The position numbers and the translations under genes were made by a program. This document shows positions 29,456 through 39,935 of a stretch of 64,000 bases of DNA, piece after piece; the first letter of the stretch is position 1, and every line of letters starts with the position of its first letter. Source of the DNA: Stenoxybacter acetivorans DSM 19021 (GTDB taxonomy: Bacteria; Pseudomonadota; Gammaproteobacteria; Burkholderiales; Neisseriaceae); the NCBI RefSeq assembly GCF_000745895.1, contig NZ_KN050773.1:4392-68391 (forward strand), in the 5' to 3' direction. The notes below the pieces were generated by a model. The model worked only from the letters and a program-made list of their open reading frames with translations, searched no databases and was not told where the DNA came from.

Positions 29456-32400
29456 TCAATCGAGGGCACGAAACACACCCAACAGCGGGTGATAAAGCCA
29501 GACACCATTTCCTGCCTTTCGCAAATTGATTTCGCCGTAGCGTCTACTTACCTGCGTCAATTCCATCTCCTTTCGTTCAGCAATATCAAGCATCACAGCA
29601 GCGTAATCACTCTCCAACCAGGCAGAAACTCCGATCGCCATTTGCAATTCAACAGCACCAATATTTCCCGCATCTTTCCAGCCACTGTATCCATCATCAA
29701 GCACACAAAACTTTGGCTTATCATCTTCTTCTGCCATATACAAAAATAGCTGCTCTTCGGGCTGAGATTTTCTGAATGGCGTGAGTCTTTGCAGCTCTGC
29801 GCTCCAACTAATCTGTTTGCGCCACCAAATGACTGCAGGAGGCCGTTTTGCCATAGGCTGTTTTTTGTCTGTTTTCACGCCCCACAACTCCCTATAGCTG
29901 CGCCCGTGTTCCAGAGTACTTAAATTGCCGTAAGAAGAGGTGTCCCTGTAAGGTTCATCAGGTTCAAGGATACGTGGTACGGCATTGATAAATTGATATT
30001 GCTTAAGCAGCAGAATGTCCGCGAGATCGTGGCTTTTAAGCCTATAATCCTTGCTCTCAAAGCCCGGGCGGCAGTAGGCAACTTTTTCCGTGCCGTTTTT
30101 TAATGCACGAAAATTCTTACTGAGTATCAGAAAATTAGCACACTTTGGTTTTTGCTGACGGTGGCGTTGAATACGTCCGGCAAACTGGATTAGCGAGCGC
30201 ATCGAACTCGGTTCTGCAATGCCCCAATCTGCATCCCAGTCCCGCCCAACCTCTATCACGGAAGTACCCAACACCACAAACACATGGTGCATAGCGGGAT
30301 TCCGTTCCAGCGCCTCCTGAATTTCGGGCTGCTGCCAGATCTGATGCTCGTCATGGCGGGAAAATGCCGCATCCAGTCGCTTTTCAATATGCGAACGGAA
30401 TAGCAACGGATGCTGGCTGTGATAGACACAATAATGAATGCAGTAGCCTTCCGGTGAAGGCATGGTCATCAGTGCCTGTGCGGTTGCCACCAGAGGATTG
30501 ATATTCGCCATCCGCACCAACCCCAGCGAAACGGTTTTGCCGCTGTGGTGCCGCTGATGATGGTTGCGGTGTAAATTCAGAATCTCACGTTGAAGCGTGG
30601 CAGCAAATGTCTCTATTTCCCGGGCAGCCGGTTCAACAGTAACCAAACGCGCCTCCCGCAGAGCCGGTTTTTTATCCAACCTTTGGGCACGGCGCTGGGC
30701 AAACTGATTATGATATTTCCAGAAAGGCTCATGAGCACCGAATACAGAGCTACAAGACTCATCTTCATCAAACCAAGCACAGCACACTTCCTGTGCTTGT
30801 CCGGGCTCACCACATGCCTGCTGGAAGGCTTTTCGCCCTGAGAGATATGCGCTGTAAAGCGTCATCACCAGCCACGGCGACAGTGTTGCCGAAGAGAGCA
30901 ACACCCTGCTGCCAAGCATTCCTGCCCAATTCACCAGACGACAAAGAGCATACTGATCAGCAATATCAAAATCATCCGGTTCATCCAGCACCAGGTCGCT
31001 GGTTAACAGGCGCAGCATTGGCGCAATTTGCTTGCCGCCACGAACCCCTTCGGTTGCGGGCATGAGATGATCGATTGTTGAGACCAAAACGGGCGCATTA
31101 ATCAGCTTACTCAACTTTGGATCACTGTCCAGCAGTTGCCGCAATGGTCCCTGATTAATTACGCCGTCGTAATGGACATACTGATGCTCTTCAAACAAAT
31201 CCTTCTCTGAAGCACTGCTGCGATCGTCTTCCTCAGCATCATGCAGCTTGTAATCAGTCTTATCATTATGTAGCTCGCGCACAGCAGAAGAGCCGATTAA
31301 TACGGCAAGATCGTCCTCTCCCAGATTCAGCCTTTCCCTGAGAGCGTCTCCGGTTTGCAGCGTCAGGGTACGCAAACCCAGAGCCACGGTGAAGCGGCAA
31401 CCTTTTTCTTCATTGGCAAGAGCATACATAATGCGTGCGTTGGCAAAGGTCTTTCCGCAACCGGTTGATGCCATATTAATTCCGAAAAAGCCCTGACGCT
31501 GTGCACGTTCACGCAATCCTTCAGCCACGTCCCATGCGCGATTCTGCCAGTGAAAACGCACCAATTTAGCTCTTTCACGGAAGCCTTTGTGCCGTGTTAT
31601 GGCGGGCAGATGCTCACGCAATACAGGTAAACTTCGCCCCAATAAAAGCGCATGATGTGCAACACCGACATTATGCTCATCCAACTTTTGCTTAAGCTGC
31701 CCAGTCTCACGATCGGTATTCGCCCAAGCGGCATAGGCTGGATCTTGCCACACCACACGTGGGGTCTGCGAAGAGTAGAAATGGTCGGCAAGCATCAGCG
31801 TCATACGCGCCAGGTGCAGGGTAAAAAGCTGATCTATTTTGCCGAATTCATAGATGGAAACCGCATGCGCCGCCCGTTTAGCCAGTTGTCTGGCCTTCTC
31901 ACGCCAGGTTTCGCTCCGTAATGGTGTTCCATTTAAAAAGTTCCATACATCACGAAAATCCTTTTCTCGCCAGTTACTATCAACGTGATTACGCGCGTTC
32001 CAGTCAATATTGAGCTGCTCGGTAAGCCAGTTATCATTTTCAAAACTGGGGGGCGCAACTTCCCCTAAATACTGCGGTAAGCGATGATGGGACAAGATAA
32101 GCCAAGCAACCACCTGCGCCAGCGGTGGCAAACCGGTAAACGGGCTGTTAGTGTGGGTGTGGCTCTGCGTGTCCTTATACAGATTCGCCAGTAGTACTTC
32201 TTCATCAGCCGACGTTAGAGTGCCAAGCTGCGCCAGCCACTGCACATCGGTTTGCTTTCCAACCAGAGCCTGAAACAGGCGTACCGATAACCATTCATGG
32301 CGAAACGGTTGATACCGCGGAGCTGATTTCCCTTTTAGCCCTTTCTGAAACAAAGTCCCTGCTTTGCCAAAATCATGAAACAGACCGGCAATTGCCGCGA

Positions 32401-32743
32401 GAACAGCAATCGATTCCACGCTGCGCCAACCCGATTCATGCTTGCTGCGCAGAATATCTCGCGATGTACTGTTGGTTGGTACCGATCCCTGAGCATTAAA
32501 ACGCCGAAGATTTCCTATCATCCAAAGCAGCTCCGTTTGCCCATTTTTCTTGAGCCAATGGCAGGCAATTGCCGTATTTCTGCGAGCACTTTTACGTAAC
32601 AACCGCCGCAACGTATCCAGCCCTTGTTGCGTAATCGCCGTTTGCCAGCAACTATCTCCTTTACGTTCAGCAAACTGATCAAGTATCTGACAACTTTGCT
32701 CTCGGGCTTTTTTGCTGCACTGCGAGACAATCAGGACATTCAT
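29456..32743 (-). CDS. cas3: Cas2-Cas3 fusion (I-F Cas3f: N-terminal Cas2, HD nuclease, SF2 helicase)
   Basis: 1095 aa, with a Cas2-like N-terminus, helicase motifs and an ATGA overlap with cas1. Confidence 0.9.
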   Translation of the reverse strand: MNVLIVSQCSKKAREQSCQILDQFAERKGDSCWQTAITQQGLDTLRRLLRKSARRNTAIACHWLKKNGQTELLWMIGNLRRFNAQGSVPTNSTSRDILRSKHESGWRSVESIAVLAAIAGLFHDFGKAGTLFQKGLKGKSAPRYQPFRHEWLSVRLFQALVGKQTDVQWLAQLGTLTSADEEVLLANLYKDTQSHTHTNSPFTGLPPLAQVVAWLILSHHRLPQYLGEVAPPSFENDNWLTEQLNIDWNARNHVDSNWREKDFRDVWNFLNGTPLRSETWREKARQLAKRAAHAVSIYEFGKIDQLFTLHLARMTLMLADHFYSSQTPRVVWQDPAYAAWANTDRETGQLKQKLDEHNVGVAHHALLLGRSLPVLREHLPAITRHKGFRERAKLVRFHWQNRAWDVAEGLRERAQRQGFFGINMASTGCGKTFANARIMYALANEEKGCRFTVALGLRTLTLQTGDALRERLNLGEDDLAVLIGSSAVRELHNDKTDYKLHDAEEDDRSSASEKDLFEEHQYVHYDGVINQGPLRQLLDSDPKLSKLINAPVLVSTIDHLMPATEGVRGGKQIAPMLRLLTSDLVLDEPDDFDIADQYALCRLVNWAGMLGSRVLLSSATLSPWLVMTLYSAYLSGRKAFQQACGEPGQAQEVCCAWFDEDESCSSVFGAHEPFWKYHNQFAQRRAQRLDKKPALREARLVTVEPAAREIETFAATLQREILNLHRNHHQRHHSGKTVSLGLVRMANINPLVATAQALMTMPSPEGYCIHYCVYHSQHPLLFRSHIEKRLDAAFSRHDEHQIWQQPEIQEALERNPAMHHVFVVLGTSVIEVGRDWDADWGIAEPSSMRSLIQFAGRIQRHRQQKPKCANFLILSKNFRALKNGTEKVAYCRPGFESKDYRLKSHDLADILLLKQYQFINAVPRILEPDEPYRDTSSYGNLSTLEHGRSYRELWGVKTDKKQPMAKRPPAVIWWRKQISWSAELQRLTPFRKSQPEEQLFLYMAEEDDKPKFCVLDDGYSGWKDAGNIGAVELQMAIGVSAWLESDYAAVMLDIAERKEMELTQVSRRYGEINLRKAGNGVWLYHPLLGVFRALD

Positions 32744-33726
32744 TCGCGCTCGCTCCTCAATTTAAGTGCCGTCTCCTGCAACGTTTCAATCATCAGGTCA
32801 AGTGCCTCAGACTGCTGAAACCCGCTGATGCAACGCTGCCGAAAGGTTTGCTGATCCTCGCCTTCCATTGCCGCAATAAAAGCCTGAGGCAATACCAGTG
32901 CATCTTTGATCAAATCAGCCAGATCGAACACCAAGCCGCCGCGCCGTGTTTTACCGTGCAGCACCGCAAGACCGTGGGGTATTCCCGTAACCCATGCTGC
33001 TACGGCTGCCAGTCCGTATGCCAGATAATTACCCTGATCCAGCAGACGGTTAGCACTATCAGTACCGCCGCCGCGTTTCGCTCGGGTAAAATCACCATAC
33101 TGCACTGCATCACTGGCCAGCTTATAAAGTGCTTTGGTGAGCTGCGCTTCTTGGCTCATCAATTCGTTATGATCGGAAGCCTTCTCTATTCCCGTACGAA
33201 AGCGATCCAATTTATCTTTCAGTATTGATGCAGAAGGACTAAAACGTGTTTCCCGCTGCATTCTTGCACCAGTCCAATGGCGTTCAATTTGCTGCAAACG
33301 AATTTGTTGAAAACGTTTGGCGGCAATCAGTCGCTTCTTTTCATCAAACCAGAATGACACCCAGTTTTGCAGATATTCAGTGGGGCGGTATTCGCTTTGC
33401 GGGCTAATCCATGAAACATCAATATCTACTTCATTACCGGAATAGAGCGGTGTTCCGTCGCTGCCGCAAAAACCCACCAATACACCCGCTCTGGCAAATT
33501 CTCTCATGGCAGCTTGAGTTACCGATGTTCCGGTTCCCAGCATAACAACCGTGGTATTGGCTATCGGGATATTCCAGTATAAAGATGACTTGCCCTCGTC
33601 CGTAACATATTCCACCCGCCCGCCATTAACCAGTACACGGCAATATTGCAGGTAATAAATATTGGCACGTTTAGAGTGCAGAATGGTTTTCAAATCCGAA
33701 GGCATTAACATAATCACCACTTCCAT
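32740..33726 (-). CDS. cas1: CRISPR integrase Cas1 (I-F)
   Basis: N-terminus near-identical in pattern to I-F Cas1: SDLKTILHSKRANIYYLQYCRVLVNGGRVEYVT. Confidence 0.9.
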   Translation of the reverse strand: MEVVIMLMPSDLKTILHSKRANIYYLQYCRVLVNGGRVEYVTDEGKSSLYWNIPIANTTVVMLGTGTSVTQAAMREFARAGVLVGFCGSDGTPLYSGNEVDIDVSWISPQSEYRPTEYLQNWVSFWFDEKKRLIAAKRFQQIRLQQIERHWTGARMQRETRFSPSASILKDKLDRFRTGIEKASDHNELMSQEAQLTKALYKLASDAVQYGDFTRAKRGGGTDSANRLLDQGNYLAYGLAAVAAWVTGIPHGLAVLHGKTRRGGLVFDLADLIKDALVLPQAFIAAMEGEDQQTFRQRCISGFQQSEALDLMIETLQETALKLRSERE

Positions 33727-33754
33727 GTCAGTGAATACAAAACACTAAACACAT

Positions 33755-33766
33755 CAGGCTGCCTGA
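33755..33766. repeat. DUS 12-mer AGGCTGCCTGAA between cas1 and ubiA
   Basis: exact match. Confidence 0.9.
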
Positions 33767-33790
33767 AATTTTATTCGGGCAATGAAACTG

Positions 33791-34708
33791 CTATGTCCAC
33801 CAAAAATGCAGCACAATACCGATAAACCACACTGCACCAATTCGATTATTGCGTAAAAAAGTATGGAAACAAGCCATGCGATTGCGTCCGGCAATGGCAG
33901 GGTATTGTCGGTATTGCCAATAAATCACCACTGCCGCCGCCAGCCAATAAGGGCACGCCGCTTTCATTTGCCAGCCCAAAATCAACATCAGCAAAGTAAA
34001 GCCGGCGTGGCACAACATCACGATTTCGGCATCATATTTACCAAAAGTAATTGCCGAAGTTTTAATACCGATTTTTAAATCATCTTCTTTATCTGCCATA
34101 GCATAAATGGTGTCATAAGCCAGGGTCCACAGCACATTGGCGCAAAAAATCAACCATGCCAATGCTGGTACACTCCCCGTTTCTGCCGCAAACGCCATGG
34201 GAATACCAAACGAATACGCCAATCCCAAATACAACTGCGGCAAAGGAAAAAAGCGTTTGGTAAACGGATAACTGAATGCCAAAAACAGCGCAGGCAGGCT
34301 CATCAGCCAAGTGAATTGATTCATGGGCAATAAGCATAACAGTGCAAAAAAACACAATACGGCAACCAAAACAAAGGCTTCTTTTGTGCTGACTTTCTTT
34401 TGCGCAAACGGGCGGTTTTGGGTACGTGCCACCGCACCGTCAAAATCACGATCGGCAAAATCGTTTACCACACAACCCGCACTGCGCATAAAAAATGTAC
34501 CCAGTACAAACAGCAGCACCAGCTGCCATGTCGGTGAACCATCAGCAGCAATCCACAATGCCCACAAAGTAGGCCACAGCAGCAGCAGCGTACCAATGGG
34601 CTTGTCTGCCCGCATCAGTTGAATGTAGGTGTGAAAACGATCACTCAAAAAGTCATTTTTCAGGCGACTTTTAATAGTATTGAATAAAGAAGACAACATG
34701 CTCACCAT
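33791..34708 (-). CDS. ubiA: 4-hydroxybenzoate polyprenyltransferase
   Basis: NDFADRDFD motif; multi-TM. Confidence 0.85.
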   Translation of the reverse strand: MVSMLSSLFNTIKSRLKNDFLSDRFHTYIQLMRADKPIGTLLLLWPTLWALWIAADGSPTWQLVLLFVLGTFFMRSAGCVVNDFADRDFDGAVARTQNRPFAQKKVSTKEAFVLVAVLCFFALLCLLPMNQFTWLMSLPALFLAFSYPFTKRFFPLPQLYLGLAYSFGIPMAFAAETGSVPALAWLIFCANVLWTLAYDTIYAMADKEDDLKIGIKTSAITFGKYDAEIVMLCHAGFTLLMLILGWQMKAACPYWLAAAVVIYWQYRQYPAIAGRNRMACFHTFLRNNRIGAVWFIGIVLHFWWT

Positions 34709-34887
34709 TTTCAGAGTAAATACAAAAGGATTTCAGCATTTAGCAAGACTTTGCTGCTGATTCAGTCATTAAATTTGATTGACAAGATTATGGGTAAATT
34801 GTGAAAAAAAGTAAATGAAACCGATTTTATTGCTTCACTCATCACAACAACTTAATTTCACATTCAAATCACTTTAATTCAAAATAA

Positions 34888-35100
34888 GAACCTATGTTCA
34901 ATAATGTTTAAGAACCAATATTCAAAAAATTCTTAATAAAATCATATGGCATATAATTAGCAGATAAACCAAGATAGTAGGTAATCCTTTATGTACCCGA
35001 GTGATTTGACAGATAGCCAATGGGCGATGATTGAGTCGTTTTTTGACATCATATGATTTTATTAAGAATTTTTTTAAACATGGGTTCTAATATGCTTGAT
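34888..35100 (+). mobile_element. MITE copy 1 (IS5-family-derived; right end degenerate)
   Basis: About 95% identical to 38421-38640. Contains the remnant transposase start ATG TAC CCG AGT GAT TTG ACA GAT AGC CAA TGG GCG ATG ATT GAG (MYPSDLTDSQWAMIE). Flanking TAA. Confidence 0.7.
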
Positions 35101-35139
35101 AAAAAAATAAGCATATTTCGTGTTAGAATACACAAAATC

Positions 35140-35151
35140 AGGCTGCCTGAA
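35140..35151. repeat. DUS 12-mer AGGCTGCCTGAA
   Basis: exact match. Confidence 0.9.
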
Positions 35152-35479
35152 ATACTGTTCTTCTTGATTTGGAAGAACTTGAAAACACACTGATATTCAA
35201 TTTCTGCCATGCGGAACAAAACACAGCAAAATCACCACAACGGGCTTTGCTGTCGGTTTGTTAATGACGGTTTCTTTTGTCTGCTTTCTTAAAGATGAGA
35301 TTATCTCAAAAGGCTGCCTGAAAAGTCGGTTTTGCTGCTCTGAAGCCCTAACTATGTACATTCATTTTGCGTGTGCATAATTAGCGTTTTAGAACGCATA
35401 ACTATTGTTGTCATCTAAAATATTGGTCTGTATTTTTTAATCAATCAAAACTGCCATACCTAAATAATTAAGGAATAAT

Positions 35480-37603
35480 ATGTTTAATAAGCACATCAAA
35501 ACATTTCAATACGGCAATCATACCGTTACTTTTGAAACCGGTGAAATCGCACGCCAAGCGGCGGCGGCAGTAAAAGTATCTATGGGCGATACCGTGGTAT
35601 TGGTTACCGTTGCCACAACCAAAGAAGTCAAACAAGGACAAGATTTCTTCCCATTAACCGTTGATTATATTGAAAAAACATACGCTGCCGGCCGCATTCC
35701 CGGCGGATTTTTCAAACGCGAAGGCAGACAAAGTGAAAAAGAAATTCTCACCAGCCGCTTGATTGACCGCCCGATTCGCCCGCTATTTCCCGAAGGCTTC
35801 TATCACGACGTTCAAATCGTGGCAATGGTGGTATCGATTGACCCTGAAATTGACTCAGACATTCCCGCCATGCTGGGTGCGTCTGCCGCTTTGGTGTTGT
35901 CGGGTGTGCCGTTTGCCGGTCCGATTGGTGCGGCACGCGTAGGTTATATTAATGGTGAATATGTCTTAAACCCCACCAAAAGACAATCGGCAAAATCGCG
36001 CTTGGATTTGGTGGTGGCAGGCACAGAAAAAGCCGTGTTAATGGTGGAATCTGAAGCCGATATACTGCCTGAAGACGTAATGCTGGGTTCTGTGGTATTC
36101 GGACATGAACAAATGCAAGCCGCCATTACTGCCATCAATGAATTTGCCGACGAGGTAAACCCTGAAATGTGGGACTGGCAGCCAACTGCTGTTGATGAGA
36201 ACTTAGCAGCAAAAGTGCGCGAAATTGCCGCTGCACGAATTGATGCTGCCTTCAAAATCAAACAAAAACAAGCACGAACTGCCCAATTAAACGAAGCCTG
36301 GTCTGCCATTGCCGAAGCATTAATCAACGAAGACACCGATACTTTGGTTGCCAATCAAATCAAAGGATTATTCAAAAAATTGGAAAGCGATGTGGTGCGC
36401 GGACAAATTTTAGACAGCCAACCGCGCATTGACGGTCGCGACACCCGCACCGTACGTCCGATTAATATCCAAACCGGTGTATTACCGCGCACCCACGGCT
36501 CAGCTTTATTTACCCGCGGCGAAACCCAAGCCTTGGCTGTTGCCACTTTAGGTACGCAGCGTGATGAACAAATTATTGATGCCTTGAGCGGAGAATACAG
36601 CGACCGTTTCATGCTCCACTACAACTTCCCCCCCTATTCCACCGGCGAAGTTGGTCGTGTGGGCGCACCGAAACGCCGTGAAATCGGTCATGGCCGTTTG
36701 GCAAAGCGCGCATTAATTGCCGTATTGCCATCTGCCGAAGAATTCAGCTATACCATGCGCGTGGTATCGGAAATTACCGAATCCAACGGTTCATCTTCCA
36801 TGGCTTCTGTGTGCGGCGGCTGCTTGAGTTTGCTCAATGCTGGTGTCCCATTGAAAGCCCACGTGGCAGGCATTGCCATGGGTTTAATTTTGGAAGGCAA
36901 TAAATTTGCCGTATTAACCGACATTTTAGGCGATGAAGACCACTTGGGCGACATGGATTTCAAAGTAGCCGGCACCACCGAAGGCATTACTGCTTTGCAA
37001 ATGGACATCAAAATCCAAGGCATCACCAAAGGAATCATGGACATCGCTTTAAAACAAGCCAGAGAAGCGCGCTTACACATCCTGGGCTTAATGAAAGAAG
37101 CAGTAGATGGTCCCCAAGAGCTGTCGGAGCATGCACCGCGCCTCTACACCATGAAAATTAACCAAGACAAAATCCGTGAAGTGATCGGCAAAGGCGGCGA
37201 AACCATTCGCGCCATCACCGCCGAAACCGGTACAGAAATCAATATCGCCGAAGACGGTACAATTACCATTGCCGCCGTTACCGCCGAAGCCGGTGAAGCT
37301 GCCCGCCGTCGTATTGAAGAAATCACAGCGGAAATTGAAGTCGGCAAGGTGTACCAAGGTACTGTTATCAAATTACTGGATAATAATGTCGGCGCGATTG
37401 TGTCGGTGATACCGGGCAAAGACGGTTTGGTTCACATCAGCCAAATTTCACATGAGCGTGTGAAAAATGTCAGTGACTATTTGCAAATCGGTCAAGTAAT
37501 CAATGTCAAAGCCATTGAAATGGATGACCGCGGTCGTGTGCGCTTGTCGATTAAAGCATTGATTGAAAAACCGGAAATGCTGCAAAAATCATTTGAAGAA
37601 TAA
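35480..37603 (+). CDS. pnp: polyribonucleotide nucleotidyltransferase
   Basis: 707 aa; PH domains plus KH and S1. Confidence 0.95.
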   Translation: MFNKHIKTFQYGNHTVTFETGEIARQAAAAVKVSMGDTVVLVTVATTKEVKQGQDFFPLTVDYIEKTYAAGRIPGGFFKREGRQSEKEILTSRLIDRPIRPLFPEGFYHDVQIVAMVVSIDPEIDSDIPAMLGASAALVLSGVPFAGPIGAARVGYINGEYVLNPTKRQSAKSRLDLVVAGTEKAVLMVESEADILPEDVMLGSVVFGHEQMQAAITAINEFADEVNPEMWDWQPTAVDENLAAKVREIAAARIDAAFKIKQKQARTAQLNEAWSAIAEALINEDTDTLVANQIKGLFKKLESDVVRGQILDSQPRIDGRDTRTVRPINIQTGVLPRTHGSALFTRGETQALAVATLGTQRDEQIIDALSGEYSDRFMLHYNFPPYSTGEVGRVGAPKRREIGHGRLAKRALIAVLPSAEEFSYTMRVVSEITESNGSSSMASVCGGCLSLLNAGVPLKAHVAGIAMGLILEGNKFAVLTDILGDEDHLGDMDFKVAGTTEGITALQMDIKIQGITKGIMDIALKQAREARLHILGLMKEAVDGPQELSEHAPRLYTMKINQDKIREVIGKGGETIRAITAETGTEINIAEDGTITIAAVTAEAGEAARRRIEEITAEIEVGKVYQGTVIKLLDNNVGAIVSVIPGKDGLVHISQISHERVKNVSDYLQIGQVINVKAIEMDDRGRVRLSIKALIEKPEMLQKSFEE

Positions 37604-37627
37604 ACATGTTTGAATAAAAATTGTTTC

Positions 37628-37670
37628 CCTGCCGCTGTTTTGTTTCAGAAATCAGCGGCAGGTATTTTTT
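37628..37670 (+). terminator. rho-independent terminator after pnp
   Basis: cctgccgctg...cagcggcagg followed by tattttttatt. Confidence 0.75.
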
Positions 37671-37697
37671 ATTGTAATTACTGTATTTCTGACGCAA

Positions 37698-38210
37698 ATG
37701 ACGTTAAATCTGAATACCCTGCATTGGCAAAACCATTTGGTACTTGATGAATCAAAAAACATCAGTACATTATTGTCTGCCGAATCTCTGACACGCTGCC
37801 TGAAAAATTTAGATGCTGAGTTCTCAGTGCATTTACGCCATTTAGGCACATACCACGATATTCCACCGGAAACCGCTGATTTGGCATGGGTGCAGGCAGG
37901 CAAACTTTTTGTGCGCGAAGTGGAGCTGTGTCTCAATCAAACGGCGGTTGTTTGGGCGCGAAGTGTCTGCACAAACAATGCCTCTTTTTGGACATCATTA
38001 CTGCAATGCGGCGAACAATCTTTGGGAGAGCATTTGTTTCAAAACAACCTGCCTTGGCAAAGATCCCCTTTTGTTTACGCGTTTGCCGACATTGAGGGCG
38101 ATGATGCGGTACAAAAACACTGGGCAAGGCAATCTGTGTTTCATTTAAATCAAGAACCACTGGTCATTACTGAAGTGTTTCTGCCCGCATTAAATTCATT
38201 TTTGGCTTGA
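37698..38210 (+). CDS. ubiC: chorismate pyruvate-lyase
   Basis: Matches E. coli UbiC at REVELCLNQTAVVWARSVC (E. coli REILLCADGEPWLAGRTVV) and at LVITEVFLPA (E. coli LLLTELFLPA). Confidence 0.7.
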   Translation: MTLNLNTLHWQNHLVLDESKNISTLLSAESLTRCLKNLDAEFSVHLRHLGTYHDIPPETADLAWVQAGKLFVREVELCLNQTAVVWARSVCTNNASFWTSLLQCGEQSLGEHLFQNNLPWQRSPFVYAFADIEGDDAVQKHWARQSVFHLNQEPLVITEVFLPALNSFLA

Positions 38211-38420
38211 TTTTTGTTCATCATTGCTATATATGCCAAACCCAGCAAAAAACGAACATCAAAATAACACAGATACCGTCACGAGCGAAGCGGAGAATTC
38301 GGTTGTAGTCGTGCAAAGCCTTTTAAATTCCGAATTGCCCGCATTGTTGCCTACCTGCCGTCTGCCTGTCAAACGAACAGGCAATGGTTGTTGAGAAATA
38401 TAGCTATACTATACTTAGAA

Positions 38421-38640
38421 CCTATGTTCAATAATATTTAAGAACCAATATTCAAAAAATTCTTAATAAAATCATATGGCGTATAATTAGCAGATAAACC
38501 AAGATAGTAGGTAATCCTTTATGTACCCGAGTGATTTGACAGATAGCCAATGGGCGATGATTGAGTCGTTTTTTGACATCATATGATTTTATTAAGAATT
38601 TTTTGAATATTGGTTCTTAGACGTTATTGAACATAGGTTC
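38421..38640 (+). mobile_element. MITE copy 2 (complete): ~60-bp terminal inverted repeats and a TTA target-site duplication
   Basis: gaacctatgttcaataatatttaagaaccaatattcaaaaaattcttaataaaatcatatg ... catatgattttattaagaattttttgaatattggttcttagacgttattgaacataggttc. TTA at 38418-38420 and 38641-38643. Confidence 0.75.
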
Positions 38641-38714
38641 TTAGATTAAAGGCAACACATCAAGACTCTATTTTTAAAAGCTGCAGAATTATATAAATAA
38701 CGTAAGGCAAACAC

Positions 38715-39215
38715 ATGAAATCAGGTAGCCCCCTAAATTGTAATGAGATCCACATACGTAAATCCATCATTTCCGAATTACCCACACTCGCCGATCTGCG
38801 TTGGGCTTTATGCAGCGATGACGAAGAAACAGAACAACCCATAGATAAAGCCCATTTTACAGAGCAATTTCTAAAAAAAGAGATGGAATTAGATGCTATG
38901 GGGAACTTAATCAACTTTGTTGCTGAAAAAAATGCGGAGTTGATAGGCGTTATTTCTTTGATTTTGGTGAATAAAATACCTTCTCCATACGGAATCAATG
39001 GTTGCTGGGGATATGTAACGAATGTCTACGTAAGACCAGCTTATCGGAATAATGGGGTTGGTAAGAAATTATTGAATTTTGTTAAAGACCAGGCAGTTGC
39101 GAATAAGTGCGAGTTGTTGGTTGTATGGCCCAGTGACAGGAGTTATCCATTTTATAAACGAGCAGGATTTAAATCTGAAGAAAGGGAACAAGACCCTTTG
39201 GTTCTGGTGCTTTGA
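38715..39215 (+). CDS. GNAT family N-acetyltransferase (low-GC cargo-like)
   Basis: YRNNGVGKKLL acetyl-CoA binding motif; ~40% GC; no DUS. Confidence 0.7.
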   Translation: MKSGSPLNCNEIHIRKSIISELPTLADLRWALCSDDEETEQPIDKAHFTEQFLKKEMELDAMGNLINFVAEKNAELIGVISLILVNKIPSPYGINGCWGYVTNVYVRPAYRNNGVGKKLLNFVKDQAVANKCELLVVWPSDRSYPFYKRAGFKSEEREQDPLVLVL

Positions 39216-39420
39216 CCCCAGAATCAGATTACATGATTGGACTTCGAACCTCTCTTAGTGTGGGATGTTGTCCGCTTGCCAGGCATCTCTTGTCAGATTC
39301 TGATTGACAGGGGACTAATTCCCGTATCAGTGAAACAGTAACATCACAGCCATAATTCACGCTTCGTTTTTTGCTCCCAAGGAGACTGTAATTTAAATTG
39401 TGTAATTGCCTGTTTTTGAT

Positions 39421-39467
39421 ATAGCTATACTATTATTTTTCAGAGAGAAAAATAATAGTATAGCTAT
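39421..39467 (+). promoter_or_regulatory. perfect 20-bp inverted repeat with 7-nt spacer abutting the first repeat of array 3 (leader element)
   Basis: atagctatactattattttt-cagagag-aaaaataatagtatagctat. Confidence 0.6.
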
Positions 39468-39468
39468 G

Positions 39469-39917
39469 GTTCACTGCCGCACAGGCAGCTTAGAAAATCG
39501 CGTTACTTTATTAAATAATACATGCACTGTTCACTGCCGCACAGGCAGCTTAGAAATATGAACTAGCATATAAAGAAATGTCTCAAATTGTTCACTGCCG
39601 CACAGGCAGCTTAGAAACAGCATCACGCAAAGGCGCAATGATGTTTTTTGTTCACTGCCGCACAGGCAGCTTAGAAATCTAATTCGGTTTTTTCTTCTGC
39701 GCTTAACTCGTTCACTGCCGCACAGGCAGCTTAGAAAGCGTGTCTGACCTGCGTCAATCAGGTCATAGTGTTCACTGCCGCACAGGCAGCTTAGAAAGGC
39801 TTGGATTGTTTTTGAGGTGTTTGCCATGAGTTCACTGCCGCACAGGTAGCTTAGAAAACAAAAAGCAGCCCTAAGGCTGCTTGGTTAAAGTTTACTACCG
39901 TACAGGCGCGGAAGATA
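39469..39917 (+). CRISPR. type I-F CRISPR array 3: 8 repeats plus a degenerate terminal repeat (39890-39917), 8 spacers, transcribed rightward
   Basis: GTTCACTGCCGCACAGGCAGCTTAGAAA x8 with a 60-61 bp period. The seventh repeat has a C-to-T change. Confidence 0.95.
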
Positions 39918-39935
39918 TTGGTTTTCCATGCGTCA

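Noticed and set aside
29297-29749. 150-aa plus-strand ORF spanning the mini-array into cas2-3
   Set aside because: It covers CRISPR repeats and is antisense to the cas2-3 C-terminus, so it is an artefact.
39531-39827. 98-aa minus-strand ORF with repeated FLSCLCGSE
   Set aside because: It lies entirely within CRISPR array 3. It is a repeat-translation artefact.
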